Made by a program: the position numbers and the translations under genes
Virus record (IMG/VR): IMGVR_UViG_3300037478_000708
Location: 92,009 to 156,008 of that record
From: a virus
Strand: one strand, 5' to 3'
DNA: 64,000 bases
Notes under the pieces: generated by a model
Databases searched by the model: none
Told to the model about the DNA's origin: nothing
Seen by the model: the letters and a program-made list of their open reading frames with translations, nothing else
Part shown: positions 1 through 9,379 of the stretch, in pieces
How the letters are laid out: every line of letters begins with the position of its first letter
How positions within the stretch are numbered: the first letter of the stretch is position 1

Positions 1-7
1 AACGCTC

Positions 8-631
8 GTGCGCGACCTCCTGACGGACGGGTCGCGGCCGATGACGGGCGACCTCGATCTCGACGGCAACGATCTCGACCTCGGAGGCGGCGGGATCCTC
101 GAGGACGGCGCGGCTGCGGGCGACGTGATGGTCCACGACGGGACCCGGTACGTCGGGGAGACACCAACGGGCACGAGCTTCCCGGGGACGCCGCGCGAGG
201 GTCAGAAGTTCTACCGCACCGACCTCGAGGAGGAGTTCTACTTCGACAGTTCCCGATCGAAGTGGCTCTCGGTGCGGACGCACTGCATCAAGGGATTCGC
301 TTCGGCCAACAACACGGCACCGGTGTACCTGTTCGTGAACCCCGCGGTGCCGTACGCGGCTGCGATCGGCTGGGTCTGCCCCTGGGACTGCATCGTGGTC
401 GAGTTCAGTGCGCTCGTCATGGTCTCATCGACCTGCACGTTCAGCGTGCGCGATGACGGGACGGACGTGACAGGTGGTTCGCTCGCGCTCAGTAGCCAGC
501 AGAAGCTCGCGTCCGATTCGATCAACAGCAACACGATCGCGTCGGGTAGCACCGTGTCGCTCGCGCTCACGGCGGGCAGCTTCACCGGCGGCTGCCTCGT
601 GTACGCTACGTTCCGAAGGGTGGAGACCTGA
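8..631 (+). CDS. Virion structural / tail-fibre-like protein (probably 5'-truncated by the window edge)
   Basis: TDGSRPMTGDLDL and FPGTPREGQKFYRTD motifs are typical of phage fibre/decoration proteins; stop overlaps next start (TGATG). Confidence 0.55.
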   Translation: MRDLLTDGSRPMTGDLDLDGNDLDLGGGGILEDGAAAGDVMVHDGTRYVGETPTGTSFPGTPREGQKFYRTDLEEEFYFDSSRSKWLSVRTHCIKGFASANNTAPVYLFVNPAVPYAAAIGWVCPWDCIVVEFSALVMVSSTCTFSVRDDGTDVTGGSLALSSQQKLASDSINSNTIASGSTVSLALTAGSFTGGCLVYATFRRVET

Positions 632-1065
632 TGGCCGAGATCGTCGCACACGTCACTTCGTCCGGCGTACCGCTGACGACGCCAACGACGCTGCCGCGCA
701 TCACGATCCGGCGGCTCGACACGGGTGCGGCGGTCGTGACGGCGCAGTCGATGACGGAGGTTGGGGACGGCGCGTACCGCTACACGTTCGCGCCCGACGC
801 CGCGCTCGAGTACAGCGTGATGGTCGACGCGGACCCGCTCGCGGCTGGACAGGTCGGACCGGAGGAGCGTTACCACTTCGGTTCGTTCAGCGGCATCACG
901 ATCGCTCGCATCGAAGACGACATTCCCCGGATCAAGAAGGTGACGGCTAACCGCGTGGTGGTGAACGGCACCGACACGCAGATGGACGTGTACGAGGACG
1001 ACGACACGTCCATTGCGTTCAGCTTCTCCATCTCTGCCGATCGTCGAGACCGCACGCCGATCTAA
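631..1065 (+). CDS. Virion-associated Ig-like/beta-sandwich protein
   Basis: MTEVGDGAYRYTF motif, beta-rich, translationally coupled on both sides. Confidence 0.5.
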   Translation: MAEIVAHVTSSGVPLTTPTTLPRITIRRLDTGAAVVTAQSMTEVGDGAYRYTFAPDAALEYSVMVDADPLAAGQVGPEERYHFGSFSGITIARIEDDIPRIKKVTANRVVVNGTDTQMDVYEDDDTSIAFSFSISADRRDRTPI

Positions 1066-3326
1066 TGCCGAACCCGGTCAGCGTCTTCGCCCTTGCGACG
1101 CGTGACCTGGCCTACCCGCCCGGGGTGGAGAGCCCGGTCAGCGTCTTTCCGGTTGCGGTTCGCAATCAGGCGTTCCCGCCGACGCATATCGTCACCGTCG
1201 CGGCCTCCGCGGATCCCGCCGACACGACGATCGCCGGGCAGCTCGTTCTCCAGACGGACGTCAGCGCTTCGGCCGGCGCCGTCACGCTCGTCCTCGACGT
1301 CGACAAGATCGTCCAGACCGACGTCGCCGCCTCCGCCGGAGCCGCGACCTCCGTCTCCTCCGCGCAGCTCGCCCTCCAGACCGACGCCGCCGTTCAGGCG
1401 GGTGCTGCGACTTCCGCGGTCGCCGGACAACGGGTCGTTCAGACCGCTGTCTCCGCGCAGGCCGGATCCGCCGACGTGCTCACGGACGTCGACACGATCG
1501 TCCAGACCGACCTCGCGCTCCAGGCCGGCGCGGTCACGCTCACCCTCGACGTCGACAAGCTGAGTCAGACGGCTGTCTCCGCTCAGGCGAGCGTCGCGAC
1601 GAGTGCGATCGCCGTCGACGTCGGTGCGACCATATCGGGCGATGCGCTCGTTCAGGCGAGTGCGGCGACCTCCGCGATCGCCGGGCAGCGGGTCGTTCAA
1701 ACCTCCGTCGCGGCTCAAGCCGGCGCGGCTGTCGTTGCAGCGGCGTCGCAGCTCGTCCCGCAGACCGACGTCGCCGCTCAAGCGGGGTCGGCGACCTCCG
1801 CGGTTGCGGGGCAGCGCGTCGATCAGGTCGGCGTCTCCGTGCAGGCAGGCGCGGCCGACGTGCTCACCGACGTCGACGTGCTCCGGCAGACCGACCTGGC
1901 CGTCTTGGCCGCAACGGCCTCCGTCAGCCTCGACGTCGACAAGCTCAGCCAGACCGACGTCACCGTGCAGGCGGGTGCCGCGACGGTTGCCGTGGTCACG
2001 CAGCTCCCGCTCGCGGCCACGGTTGCCGCCTCCGCCGGTGCGGCCACGGTGGCCATTGCGGCGCAGCGAATCGAGCAGGTCGATCTCGCCGTCCAGGCGG
2101 ACCCCGCCGCGAGCAGCGTCGCCGCTCAGCGCGTCTCGCAGGCGTCCCTCGCGCCCGCGGCCTCCGCGGCCTCCGTCAGCCTCGACGCCGACAAGCTCAG
2201 CCAGACGGCCCCCCAGGTCGCCGCAGGGGCCGCAACGGCGCTGGTCGCCGCGGAGAAGGTCGGGGAGAAGGCTGCGGCCGTGGCAGCGGAGGCCGGCGCG
2301 GCGACCGCTGCCATATCGGCAGACCACATCGCTCAAGCCGACCTCGCCCTCCAGGCCACGGCTGCCGAGGTTGCCCTCGACGCGGATAAGGTCTCCCAGA
2401 CCTCCCTGGCGCTCTCCGCAGGCGCCGCGACCGTCTCGGCGGCCGGCGACGTCTTCCAGAGCACGGGCACGGTCACCGCGGCTCAGGGGGCCTCCCAGGC
2501 CGTCGTGGCGGCCCAGCGGGTCGTCCAGACCTCCCTGGCGCTCCAGGCGGCATCTGCGACGGTCTCCGTGGACGCCGATCACGTCGGCCTCACGAGTCTG
2601 GCGGTGGCCTCGGGCGCAGCCACGGCGCTCCTACAGGCCCAGCGGGTCGTACAGACGGACCTGGCGCTGGCGGCGGCTCCCGCGACCGCGGACGTCGACG
2701 GCACGGTCATCCAGAGCGAGGTCACCGTCGCCGCGCAGGCCGGGGCGGCCACGGTCGCGCTCGACGCCGACAAGCTGAGCCAGACCGTCCTCGTGCTGAC
2801 CGCCGACGCGGCCACGGTCACGTTCGTCATTGAGCAGGGGATCGGCATCTCGACGGTGCTCGCGCTCCAAGCCGGCGCGGCTACGACGGCCGTCCTCGCT
2901 CAGCGGGTCGTGCAAGCCGACGTCGCCGCGGTGGCCGGTCAAGCAACGGTTGCGATCGTCGCGGCTCTCAACGTGGAGGCGTCGGTCGCGCTCCAAGCCG
3001 GCGATGCTCTCGCGGAGATCTCCGCGCAGCGCATCGTGCAGACGGTCGTGACGCTCGCCGCTCGTCCTGCGAAGGCTCGCGCGCTCGACTTCGTGCTGCC
3101 GTTCCAACAGGCGGCGCCGTCGGTTGTCTTCCCGGCGGTCACCGGGCACACTGCCACGGCCGCGCCGAGAACCTCGATCCTCTTGGAGCCCGTCACCACA
3201 CACGAAGCCGTGCTGTTCCACGTCCATGACCTGCTCGTCGGTGACGAGATGCCGACGGTGTTTCTCGTCGGCGTGACGCTCTCGGCTGCGCCCGCGGTCG
3301 CGTCGATTCAGGGAGTCGTCGTATGA
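1065..3326 (+). CDS. Ala/Val/Gln-rich 21-aa repeat protein, putative fibre/shaft virion protein
   Basis: About 29 tandem units like QTDVAASAGAATSVSSAQLAL; lies in the structural operon. Confidence 0.6.
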   Translation: MPNPVSVFALATRDLAYPPGVESPVSVFPVAVRNQAFPPTHIVTVAASADPADTTIAGQLVLQTDVSASAGAVTLVLDVDKIVQTDVAASAGAATSVSSAQLALQTDAAVQAGAATSAVAGQRVVQTAVSAQAGSADVLTDVDTIVQTDLALQAGAVTLTLDVDKLSQTAVSAQASVATSAIAVDVGATISGDALVQASAATSAIAGQRVVQTSVAAQAGAAVVAAASQLVPQTDVAAQAGSATSAVAGQRVDQVGVSVQAGAADVLTDVDVLRQTDLAVLAATASVSLDVDKLSQTDVTVQAGAATVAVVTQLPLAATVAASAGAATVAIAAQRIEQVDLAVQADPAASSVAAQRVSQASLAPAASAASVSLDADKLSQTAPQVAAGAATALVAAEKVGEKAAAVAAEAGAATAAISADHIAQADLALQATAAEVALDADKVSQTSLALSAGAATVSAAGDVFQSTGTVTAAQGASQAVVAAQRVVQTSLALQAASATVSVDADHVGLTSLAVASGAATALLQAQRVVQTDLALAAAPATADVDGTVIQSEVTVAAQAGAATVALDADKLSQTVLVLTADAATVTFVIEQGIGISTVLALQAGAATTAVLAQRVVQADVAAVAGQATVAIVAALNVEASVALQAGDALAEISAQRIVQTVVTLAARPAKARALDFVLPFQQAAPSVVFPAVTGHTATAAPRTSILLEPVTTHEAVLFHVHDLLVGDEMPTVFLVGVTLSAAPAVASIQGVVV

Positions 3327-3670
3327 GCCAAGGGATCAAGATCCCGGTGTTCGTCGGGAACACGGTCAGGCACACGATCAACCTGCGTCGGTTCGGTCAG
3401 AATGCGCCGGCCGACGTCTCCGGCGCGACGCAGATCCTCTTGGAGTGGGAGCTGCCGGACGGGACCAATCAGGCGCCGATCCCCGTGAGCGAGCTGGAGC
3501 CCGGCGCGGATTGGGCGAACGGTGCCGTGGTGGTCGTGATCGCTCCGCCCATCACGAACGCGCAGGCGGACTACCCCTTCGGGCTCACCGTCTTCATCGC
3601 GGGTGAAGAGATCACCTACGACTGCGGCGAGATCAACGTGCGCAACCGGCCGGGCTACCCGTACCCCTGA
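3323..3670 (+). CDS. BppU N-terminal-like baseplate/virion protein
   Basis: GNTVRHTINL...DVSGATQILLEWELPDGT pattern; ATGA coupling. Confidence 0.5.
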   Translation: MSQGIKIPVFVGNTVRHTINLRRFGQNAPADVSGATQILLEWELPDGTNQAPIPVSELEPGADWANGAVVVVIAPPITNAQADYPFGLTVFIAGEEITYDCGEINVRNRPGYPYP

Positions 3671-3671
3671 T

Positions 3672-4223
3672 CTAGCTCGCCGCGACGACCTCGCCGAGGA
3701 ACCGCAGCGGAACGCGGTACAGGCGATCGTTGTACTTGCCGAGGATGCGCCGTCCGCTCACGGACACGATCTCGACCTCCGGGATCGTCGCGCTGTCCAG
3801 CCGCACGACCTGGCCGGGCTTGAGGGAGCGGCGGAGCTTCTTCTTCTCGGCCTTGTCTTGCCAGTACGCGCGCACGCCCTCGCGCCACTCCGCGCACGCC
3901 ACGGGGGCGGCGTCGAGGAAGCGCAGCGGGCAGGAGAACGTGTACGAGCCCATCGACTCCTCCATGTCCTTGTAGCCCCAGCCGTAGCCGCGCTTCGAGG
4001 CCAGGAGGAAGAGCGCGATCCACTTCTGTCGCTCCAGTCGCTCCTCGCCGCTCTCGATGTCGGTCGTGATGGTCTCGAACAGGACCCAGAGCGCGTTGCC
4101 CTGGACGGACTTGTCGAGGGCCTTGTGCTCGACGCGGTGACCCCCGTACTCGAAGGGCCTCTGCTCGATCTGCTCGCGGATCACGTCCGCCTTCGTCGCA
4201 CCTGAAGTGAATGTCCAACCCAT
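3672..4223 (-). CDS. DUF6927-like protein
   Basis: MGW start, GWGYKDMEESMGSY.FSCP...EWR signature; start reassigned to ATG 4223 downstream of a promoter. Confidence 0.7.
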   Translation of the reverse strand: MGWTFTSGATKADVIREQIEQRPFEYGGHRVEHKALDKSVQGNALWVLFETITTDIESGEERLERQKWIALFLLASKRGYGWGYKDMEESMGSYTFSCPLRFLDAAPVACAEWREGVRAYWQDKAEKKKLRRSLKPGQVVRLDSATIPEVEIVSVSGRRILGKYNDRLYRVPLRFLGEVVAAS

Positions 4224-4248
4224 AGCGATACCAGCCTTTCTGCCTCTC

Positions 4249-4278
4249 TCTTCGTCCTCCCGGAACCCGCGACTTGAG
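4249..4278 (-). promoter_or_regulatory. sigma28-like promoter CTCAAG-N16-GACGAAGA
   Basis: Member of a repeated promoter family upstream of early genes. Confidence 0.65.
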
Positions 4279-4287
4279 CCCAAAGGC

Positions 4288-4307
4288 CCAGTGACACGCT
4301 GTCACTG
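4288..4307. repeat. Dispersed palindrome copy 1 (CCAGTGACA-CGC-TGTCACTG)
   Basis: Read directly; invariant 15-bp core shared by six copies. Confidence 0.95.
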
Positions 4308-4505
4308 AGCAGGGGGCACCTTGGGAAAGGTGCCGTACCTCCGGCAGACGACGCAGCACGCCGTCTCCGCGGCGACGCGTAGGGTCTCCTGCCGGCGAAC
4401 CGGCCGGACCGCTCTACGCGCGCAGTCCTCGCTGCACACGTACTCCTGCGCGTCGGTGGCCAGGATCGTTACCCAGCGCGTCCGTTGTTGATCGTAGGTC
4501 GGCAC
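4302..4505 (-). CDS. Small Cys-containing hypothetical protein
   Basis: 67 aa with CxxxC and CxxC, fills the gap in a minus-strand operon. Confidence 0.45.
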   Translation of the reverse strand: MPTYDQQRTRWVTILATDAQEYVCSEDCARRAVRPVRRQETLRVAAETACCVVCRRYGTFPKVPPAQ

Positions 4506-4510
4506 GGGGG

Positions 4511-5059
4511 TTACCTCTTCAGCCGGGCGGAGAGCCCGTCGAGCCAGGCGATATCCGCGGCCGTCTGCGGATTACCGACCACGAGCCCGACGCGGCGCCA
4601 GCGGTTGTTGCCGAGGTACCTCATCTCGATCACCCACGTCTCGCGTATGGTGGCACCGAACGCGTTCTGCGCATCGACCCAGCCGTTCACGACCCAGGTG
4701 CCGTCTCCGAGGTTGAGGGCGCTCTCGCTCGGCTTCTGGTACTCGCCACCGCCGAACCAGCCGGCCGATCCGAAGTCGGCCGTCGACGGCGAGCGCAGCG
4801 CGCTCGTCACGAAGTCCTGCGCCATGACCCACGCGTCGACTGCATCGACCGTGCTGGGCTTCGCCTTGGGCTTCGGTTTCGGTTTGGGCGCCTCGGTCTC
4901 CTTCGCGCTTGCGGCGAAGCTCTTGCTCTCGGTCGTCGTCTCGCTCGCGGCGAGACCCTTGCCGGTCGATACGCGCGGCGTGTCTTCGTCGAAGCCGAGT
5001 GCGATCCCGAGGAGCAGTCCGGCGAGCACGACGATGCACATAAGCGTTCGTAACTTCAT
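4511..5059 (-). CDS. Membrane-anchored hypothetical protein
   Basis: N-terminal hydrophobic helix (MKLRTLMCIVVLAGLLLGIALG), PK linker, LRSPSTADF...VDAQNAFGA domain. Confidence 0.7.
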   Translation of the reverse strand: MKLRTLMCIVVLAGLLLGIALGFDEDTPRVSTGKGLAASETTTESKSFAASAKETEAPKPKPKPKAKPSTVDAVDAWVMAQDFVTSALRSPSTADFGSAGWFGGGEYQKPSESALNLGDGTWVVNGWVDAQNAFGATIRETWVIEMRYLGNNRWRRVGLVVGNPQTAADIAWLDGLSARLKR

Positions 5060-5397
5060 GGTCTTTGAGTAGGGGGTCGCGTTTCGTCGAAATTGACCGG
5101 ACCGCGATCCGCGTTCCGGACGTGGTAGTTGGGGTCGTCGGGGGGCGCCGGGATCCGAACGTTGGGCGCCTGCGCCCCGCCGATCCGAACGGACGTGAGC
5201 TTGTCGTTCGGGGAGGCTGCCCGGACGGCGCGGTGATACGCCGAAACCGTCGACCGACGAACGTTGCCCCCGCAGACCGGGCACCTGACGGGAGACGCGC
5301 CGCGCGTGCCCAGACAGGCGGATCCGTGGTGCGGAACCCGAACGCGATAGAACGCTCGGCAATCCTCGCACCGGCCGACGGAGTTGATCTTGCTCAT
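5056..5397 (-). CDS. Zn-ribbon hypothetical protein
   Basis: CEDC...CPVC; coupled to neighbours. Confidence 0.55.
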   Translation of the reverse strand: MSKINSVGRCEDCRAFYRVRVPHHGSACLGTRGASPVRCPVCGGNVRRSTVSAYHRAVRAASPNDKLTSVRIGGAQAPNVRIPAPPDDPNYHVRNADRGPVNFDETRPPTQRP

Positions 5398-7448
5398 GCT
5401 TCACCGACCTGCCGGCGGTACTTGCGAGCCATCTTGACGGCCGCCGCCCACTGCTTGTCCGACAGCAGTCCGCGCGACTCGATCTGCGCGGCCAGGGAGT
5501 GACCGAACTCGCCGTCGAGCTTGTTGAAGCCCATGCCGTTGATCTCCTGCGCCCTGTCGGGATCCATCGAGGCGAGTTGGACCAGCGCCCGAGCGGCGTG
5601 CTCCTCGACGGCGTTCGCGGCCGAGCGGAACTTGCCGCTGACCTGCAGCTCGCGGCCGTCGTAGGCGGAGCCCAACGAGCGCTTGACGCTCGCGACCGCC
5701 TGCTCGGCCTGCTCCGCGGCTTGCCGCGCGACCTCTGCGTTGCGGGCCTCGACCTCGGTCAGGACGGCGGCCGACTGCTCCGCGGCGCGCGCGAGCGCTT
5801 CCGCGGGCGACGCGCCAACGTAGTCGGCCTCGACCGCGCTGGCTTCGACGCTGGCCTCGATGATGCGCTGCTTCTCGGTGAGCAGCTCGACGACGCGGGC
5901 GTCGACGGCGTGACGCGCGACGAGCCGCTTGACGACGACGCCGCGGTCTTGGCCGATCCGGCACACGCGGTCTTCCGCTTGTTGGTTCAGCGCAGGAGTC
6001 CAGTTCAGATCGACCATGAGCAGGTGGCTCGCCTTGGTCAGCGTCACGCCCACGCCCATCGCGCCGATCGTTCCGGCGACGCCCTTCAGCTCGCCGGCCT
6101 GGAAGCGCTCGACGATCCGGCCGCGCTCGTCGAGGGCGGTCTCGCCCGTGATGACCGCCCACCCTTCGCGCTGGCGCAGCGCTTCGACGGGAGCGGTGTG
6201 AGCGGAGAAGACGACCAGCGGCTCGTCCGCCTCTTCGTACTCCTCGACCAGCTCGAGCATGGCCGGGATCTTGGCCGTGGCCAGCGCCGCGCGGGCGCGC
6301 GAGAGCTGCTCGAAGGCGGCCCCGGTGATCTTGGTCGCCGCGACGTCCGCGTCCGCGTCGTTCAGGTCGATGCCGCTCTCGGCCAGGGTCTCGAGCACGG
6401 CGTCGCACAGCTTGCGGGTCTTCGCGTCGAGATCATTGACCTCGATGTCCTGACGGACCTTGGTCGGCAGCTCGGGCAGCACCTCGAGCCGACGGCGGTG
6501 CAGCATGACCTTGCGCAGGACGTCGGGGACCTCCTCGCTCGGCTGACCCCAGTCGTAGCCGTACTGCCCCTTGCGGCCGTCGAACAGCCGCACGAAGTTG
6601 TACCAGTTGCCGAAGGCGGCTTCCGCGAGCCCGGCGGCCTTGAGGACGTGCCACAGCTCCGGCGGGCGGTTCAGGAGCGGCGTGCCGGTGATGAGCCACA
6701 CGCGACCCTGGCTCGCGCTCACCTGCTCGCGAAGCCCCTGCCAGCGCGCGGTGCGCTTGGCCCGGGGGTTCTTCAAGAGGTGCGCTTCGTCGGCCATCAT
6801 GACCATGCCGACCGGCGGCATGCCCGGGATCTCTTCGGGGTCCGGCATCACGCCGTAGGTCGCGATGACGACCTCACCCGCGACCGGCCAACGGAACTGC
6901 CGGCGCGACGCCACGACGGCCGGGGACAGGTCGGGGCGCCACCGGCGGACCTCACCCTCCCACGCGAAGCGCACCGCGCCCGGCACGATGACCAGAGCAG
7001 CGGCGTTGTCGGGCAGTGCGAGGAGCGCCTGAACGGTCTTGCCGAGACCCATCTCGTCGGTGAGGAGCGCGCTCATGCGCGGGGCGATCCACTCGACGCC
7101 CGTGCGCTGGTAGGGGTAGAGCGCTTCGCCGCGCTCGGCCAGGGCCACGTCGACCTTGGCGAGACGTTCGCGGCCGGCGGAGAGGAGCGCGGTCGCCTCC
7201 GCGGCCTGCTCGCGCAGACGCTCGGCGACGGCACGGTCGACCTCGACCGGGAGCCCCGCGTCCGTGAGGCCCGCGAGGATCTGCGGCACGGCGTCGACCG
7301 GCGCGCGGTTGGCCTTCTCCGCCGGCACGAAGCGCGCGCCGTTGGAGAAGCAGACGTCCCGGTAGGCGCCGAAGCGGTCGCCGCCGAGGTAGGCGGTGAG
7401 CTTGAGGGTGACCGTTTCGCCGGTCGGATCGAGAGTGAGCTGAATCAT
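5394..7448 (-). CDS. SNF2-family (SMARCAL1/HARP-like) helicase
   Basis: DEMGLGKT, DEAH, TGTP..N, WTPA...QAEDRVCRIGQ. Confidence 0.9.
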   Translation of the reverse strand: MIQLTLDPTGETVTLKLTAYLGGDRFGAYRDVCFSNGARFVPAEKANRAPVDAVPQILAGLTDAGLPVEVDRAVAERLREQAAEATALLSAGRERLAKVDVALAERGEALYPYQRTGVEWIAPRMSALLTDEMGLGKTVQALLALPDNAAALVIVPGAVRFAWEGEVRRWRPDLSPAVVASRRQFRWPVAGEVVIATYGVMPDPEEIPGMPPVGMVMMADEAHLLKNPRAKRTARWQGLREQVSASQGRVWLITGTPLLNRPPELWHVLKAAGLAEAAFGNWYNFVRLFDGRKGQYGYDWGQPSEEVPDVLRKVMLHRRRLEVLPELPTKVRQDIEVNDLDAKTRKLCDAVLETLAESGIDLNDADADVAATKITGAAFEQLSRARAALATAKIPAMLELVEEYEEADEPLVVFSAHTAPVEALRQREGWAVITGETALDERGRIVERFQAGELKGVAGTIGAMGVGVTLTKASHLLMVDLNWTPALNQQAEDRVCRIGQDRGVVVKRLVARHAVDARVVELLTEKQRIIEASVEASAVEADYVGASPAEALARAAEQSAAVLTEVEARNAEVARQAAEQAEQAVASVKRSLGSAYDGRELQVSGKFRSAANAVEEHAARALVQLASMDPDRAQEINGMGFNKLDGEFGHSLAAQIESRGLLSDKQWAAAVKMARKYRRQVGEA

Positions 7449-7472
7449 GGAAGGTGTCTCCTGACTCTCTCC

Positions 7473-7501
7473 CTATCGACGTTCGGGCAGTCCCGCGTGA
7501 A
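7473..7501 (-). promoter_or_regulatory. sigma28-like promoter variant TTCACG-N15-GTCGATAG
   Basis: Upstream of the SNF2 gene RBS (AGGAG). Confidence 0.5.
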
Positions 7502-7678
7502 GTCGATCGGCGGAAATCGCGAGATTCCTCGCCGTCAGCGGGAAGAGCTTTCCCTGCGCGAAAGAGGCAGAGCCGCAGTCAAGTCCACCGGGGCGGAGAT
7601 GGAGGGAGGGAGAGATGACCCCCCGGTCTGACCGGGTTTTCACCGGTTCGGAGCATGCTGCGACTCTGCCAGAAAGGT

Positions 7679-7752
7679 TGGTGGATCGGACGGGGATCGA
7701 ACCCGTTCGAGGGGTGTCCAAGCTCCCCGCGGACTCGCCAGAGACCCGGCCC
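7679..7752 (-). tRNA. Atypical tRNA-like RNA (G3:U70/A73 Ala-type acceptor, UGG in the anticodon position)
   Basis: 74 nt; acceptor GGGCCGG/CCGATCC plus ACCA; perfect T-arm ACGGG-TTCGATC-CCCGT; D-arm and anticodon stem degenerate. Confidence 0.65.
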
Positions 7753-7762
7753 ACCGAGAGCG

Positions 7763-8626
7763 CTAGTTGCGGCTCTCGTTGAACGCGAGAGCGGCGGTGC
7801 CCTCGCGCTCGTCTTCGACGAGCTTGCCCACCTCGAAGCCGTAGGCGTCGGTGATGACGCGCGGGAAGCCCTTCACGCCGCGCTCCATGAGACGCGGGCT
7901 GCTCCACGTCTTCGCGACCTCGGTGACCGCGTTGACGAGCGACCAGAGGTTGCGCGGCCCGAACGCCTCGTGGTACGGGTTCTCCTCGTCGAGGTACCCG
8001 CGGTACACCGCGTCGATCTTGCCGAGCTGACCCCACGCGAACGCGTTGCGACGCGCACCCTCCATGAGGAGACGATCGACGCGTTCGTCGGTGACCTCTT
8101 CGCCGAAGAGGAACTCGAGCAGGCGCTTGGCGTCCGTGGCCTGCTGCGACCAGACCTCCATGCCCTCGGAGATCCCCTGCTCCATGCGCTCGACGTTGCC
8201 GGAGGTCGTCTTGAAGCCGAAGAGGAAGTCGCCGACGATCATGCCGTTCGCGCAGACCGCGACGCGCTCCCCGTGCACGCCGTACAGACGCATGCGCTGC
8301 ATGTTGGAGTGGCGGAAGCCGACCTCCGGCGTGATCCCACCGGAGCCCGGCAGGTCGGGCATCGACGGCGCGCTCGCCGGGTCGAAGCGCAGGAAGCCGT
8401 AGATGTCGTGGCCGTCGTCGCTCGTGCAGAAGCTCTCGCTCTCCACCCGCAGACCGATTCTCTTCGCGGCCGACTCGATCTCCTCGATCAGCTCGAGGTG
8501 TGGGATGGGCTTCCACCGGCTGCCGGCGCGATCGTCCTTGCGCTGCACGCGCAACTCCTCGACGGTCGGGACGGCGTAGTCGCGCAGGGCGGCGCGCGTG
8601 ACCATGTTCTTGCTCGGATACAGCAT
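7763..8626 (-). CDS. DUF932-like protein
   Basis: WKPIPH, GFRHSN...G.RVAVCANG, NLWSLVNAVTE motifs. Confidence 0.7.
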   Translation of the reverse strand: MLYPSKNMVTRAALRDYAVPTVEELRVQRKDDRAGSRWKPIPHLELIEEIESAAKRIGLRVESESFCTSDDGHDIYGFLRFDPASAPSMPDLPGSGGITPEVGFRHSNMQRMRLYGVHGERVAVCANGMIVGDFLFGFKTTSGNVERMEQGISEGMEVWSQQATDAKRLLEFLFGEEVTDERVDRLLMEGARRNAFAWGQLGKIDAVYRGYLDEENPYHEAFGPRNLWSLVNAVTEVAKTWSSPRLMERGVKGFPRVITDAYGFEVGKLVEDEREGTAALAFNESRN

Positions 8627-8850
8627 CGGTCTCTCCGTTGGTGTCGGGTTCGTGAGGGCCGGATTAGCTCCGGCCGCGCCTTGCTTTCACTCAACCCTAC
8701 CGAGCCGCTGGAGCGCGTGCGGGGCAAATCTTGAGAAAACCCGCTCCCAGTCGGCAGAAATCCCGCTCGTCCGCCGACCGCGGGTCGGTGCGCGGGGTAA
8801 GCTCCGGGTGTCCGCAAGGAACCCCGATCTTGCATCCAAGGAGTCCTGTA

Positions 8851-9276
8851 ATGGCGCTCGACTACAGCAACCCCCAGGTCAGAGAGACCGCCGACCTGTA
8901 CTCTCAGGCCCTTCGGGCGGAGCGGGAGTTCCGCTGGGAGGATGCGATCGGGCTGTACCAGCAGTGCGCCGACGCCTATGAAGCTCTCCCTCGGGAAGCG
9001 AAGAAGCCGACCAGGGTGGAGTTCGCCGTGTTCCTGATGGGCGGCGGCGTGAGCGGTCTCGGATCCCGCGCGTGCGAGCGAGCGCTGCGTCTCATTGGGA
9101 TCGAAGCCGATCCGGACGTGCTCCGTGACCTGCATGAGGACTGGAAGCAACGAGCCAGGGATCCGTACCTGCCGTCAATGTCGGATGAGCTGCGTAGGCG
9201 CGTGCAGGGGAAGTGGCGGGAGGCCGTCGTCGCGCTCGAGGCTCGTCACCCGTTCCTGAAGAAGAGGGCGCGCTGA
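8851..9276 (+). CDS. Hypothetical helical (TPR-like) protein
   Basis: AAGGAG RBS before ATG 8851; first gene of the rightward early arm. Confidence 0.55.
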   Translation: MALDYSNPQVRETADLYSQALRAEREFRWEDAIGLYQQCADAYEALPREAKKPTRVEFAVFLMGGGVSGLGSRACERALRLIGIEADPDVLRDLHEDWKQRARDPYLPSMSDELRRRVQGKWREAVVALEARHPFLKKRAR

Positions 9277-9307
9277 TGGAGGTCGAGGCAGGACGATCCG
9301 AGATCGG

Positions 9308-9337
9308 CTAAAGTTCGGATGGCGTCTCCGCCGACAA
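9308..9337 (+). promoter_or_regulatory. sigma28-like promoter CTAAAG-N16-GCCGACAA
   Basis: Closest match to the TAAA...GCCGATAA consensus; upstream of 9380. Confidence 0.7.
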
Positions 9338-9379
9338 GGGAGAGGACAGGGCTTCGGCCCACAACGGAGGACTACAGGC

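Noticed and set aside
5499-7631. Long antisense/alternate-frame ORFs (e.g. 5499-7631+, 1062-2582-, 42500-44161-, 54989-56719-)
   Set aside because: Shadow ORFs expected opposite real genes in high-GC DNA; no motifs or RBS
7679-7752. tmRNA gene or prophage attachment site
   Set aside because: Only 74 nt between acceptor strands, no tag reading frame, no duplicate 3' fragment and no integrase in the window
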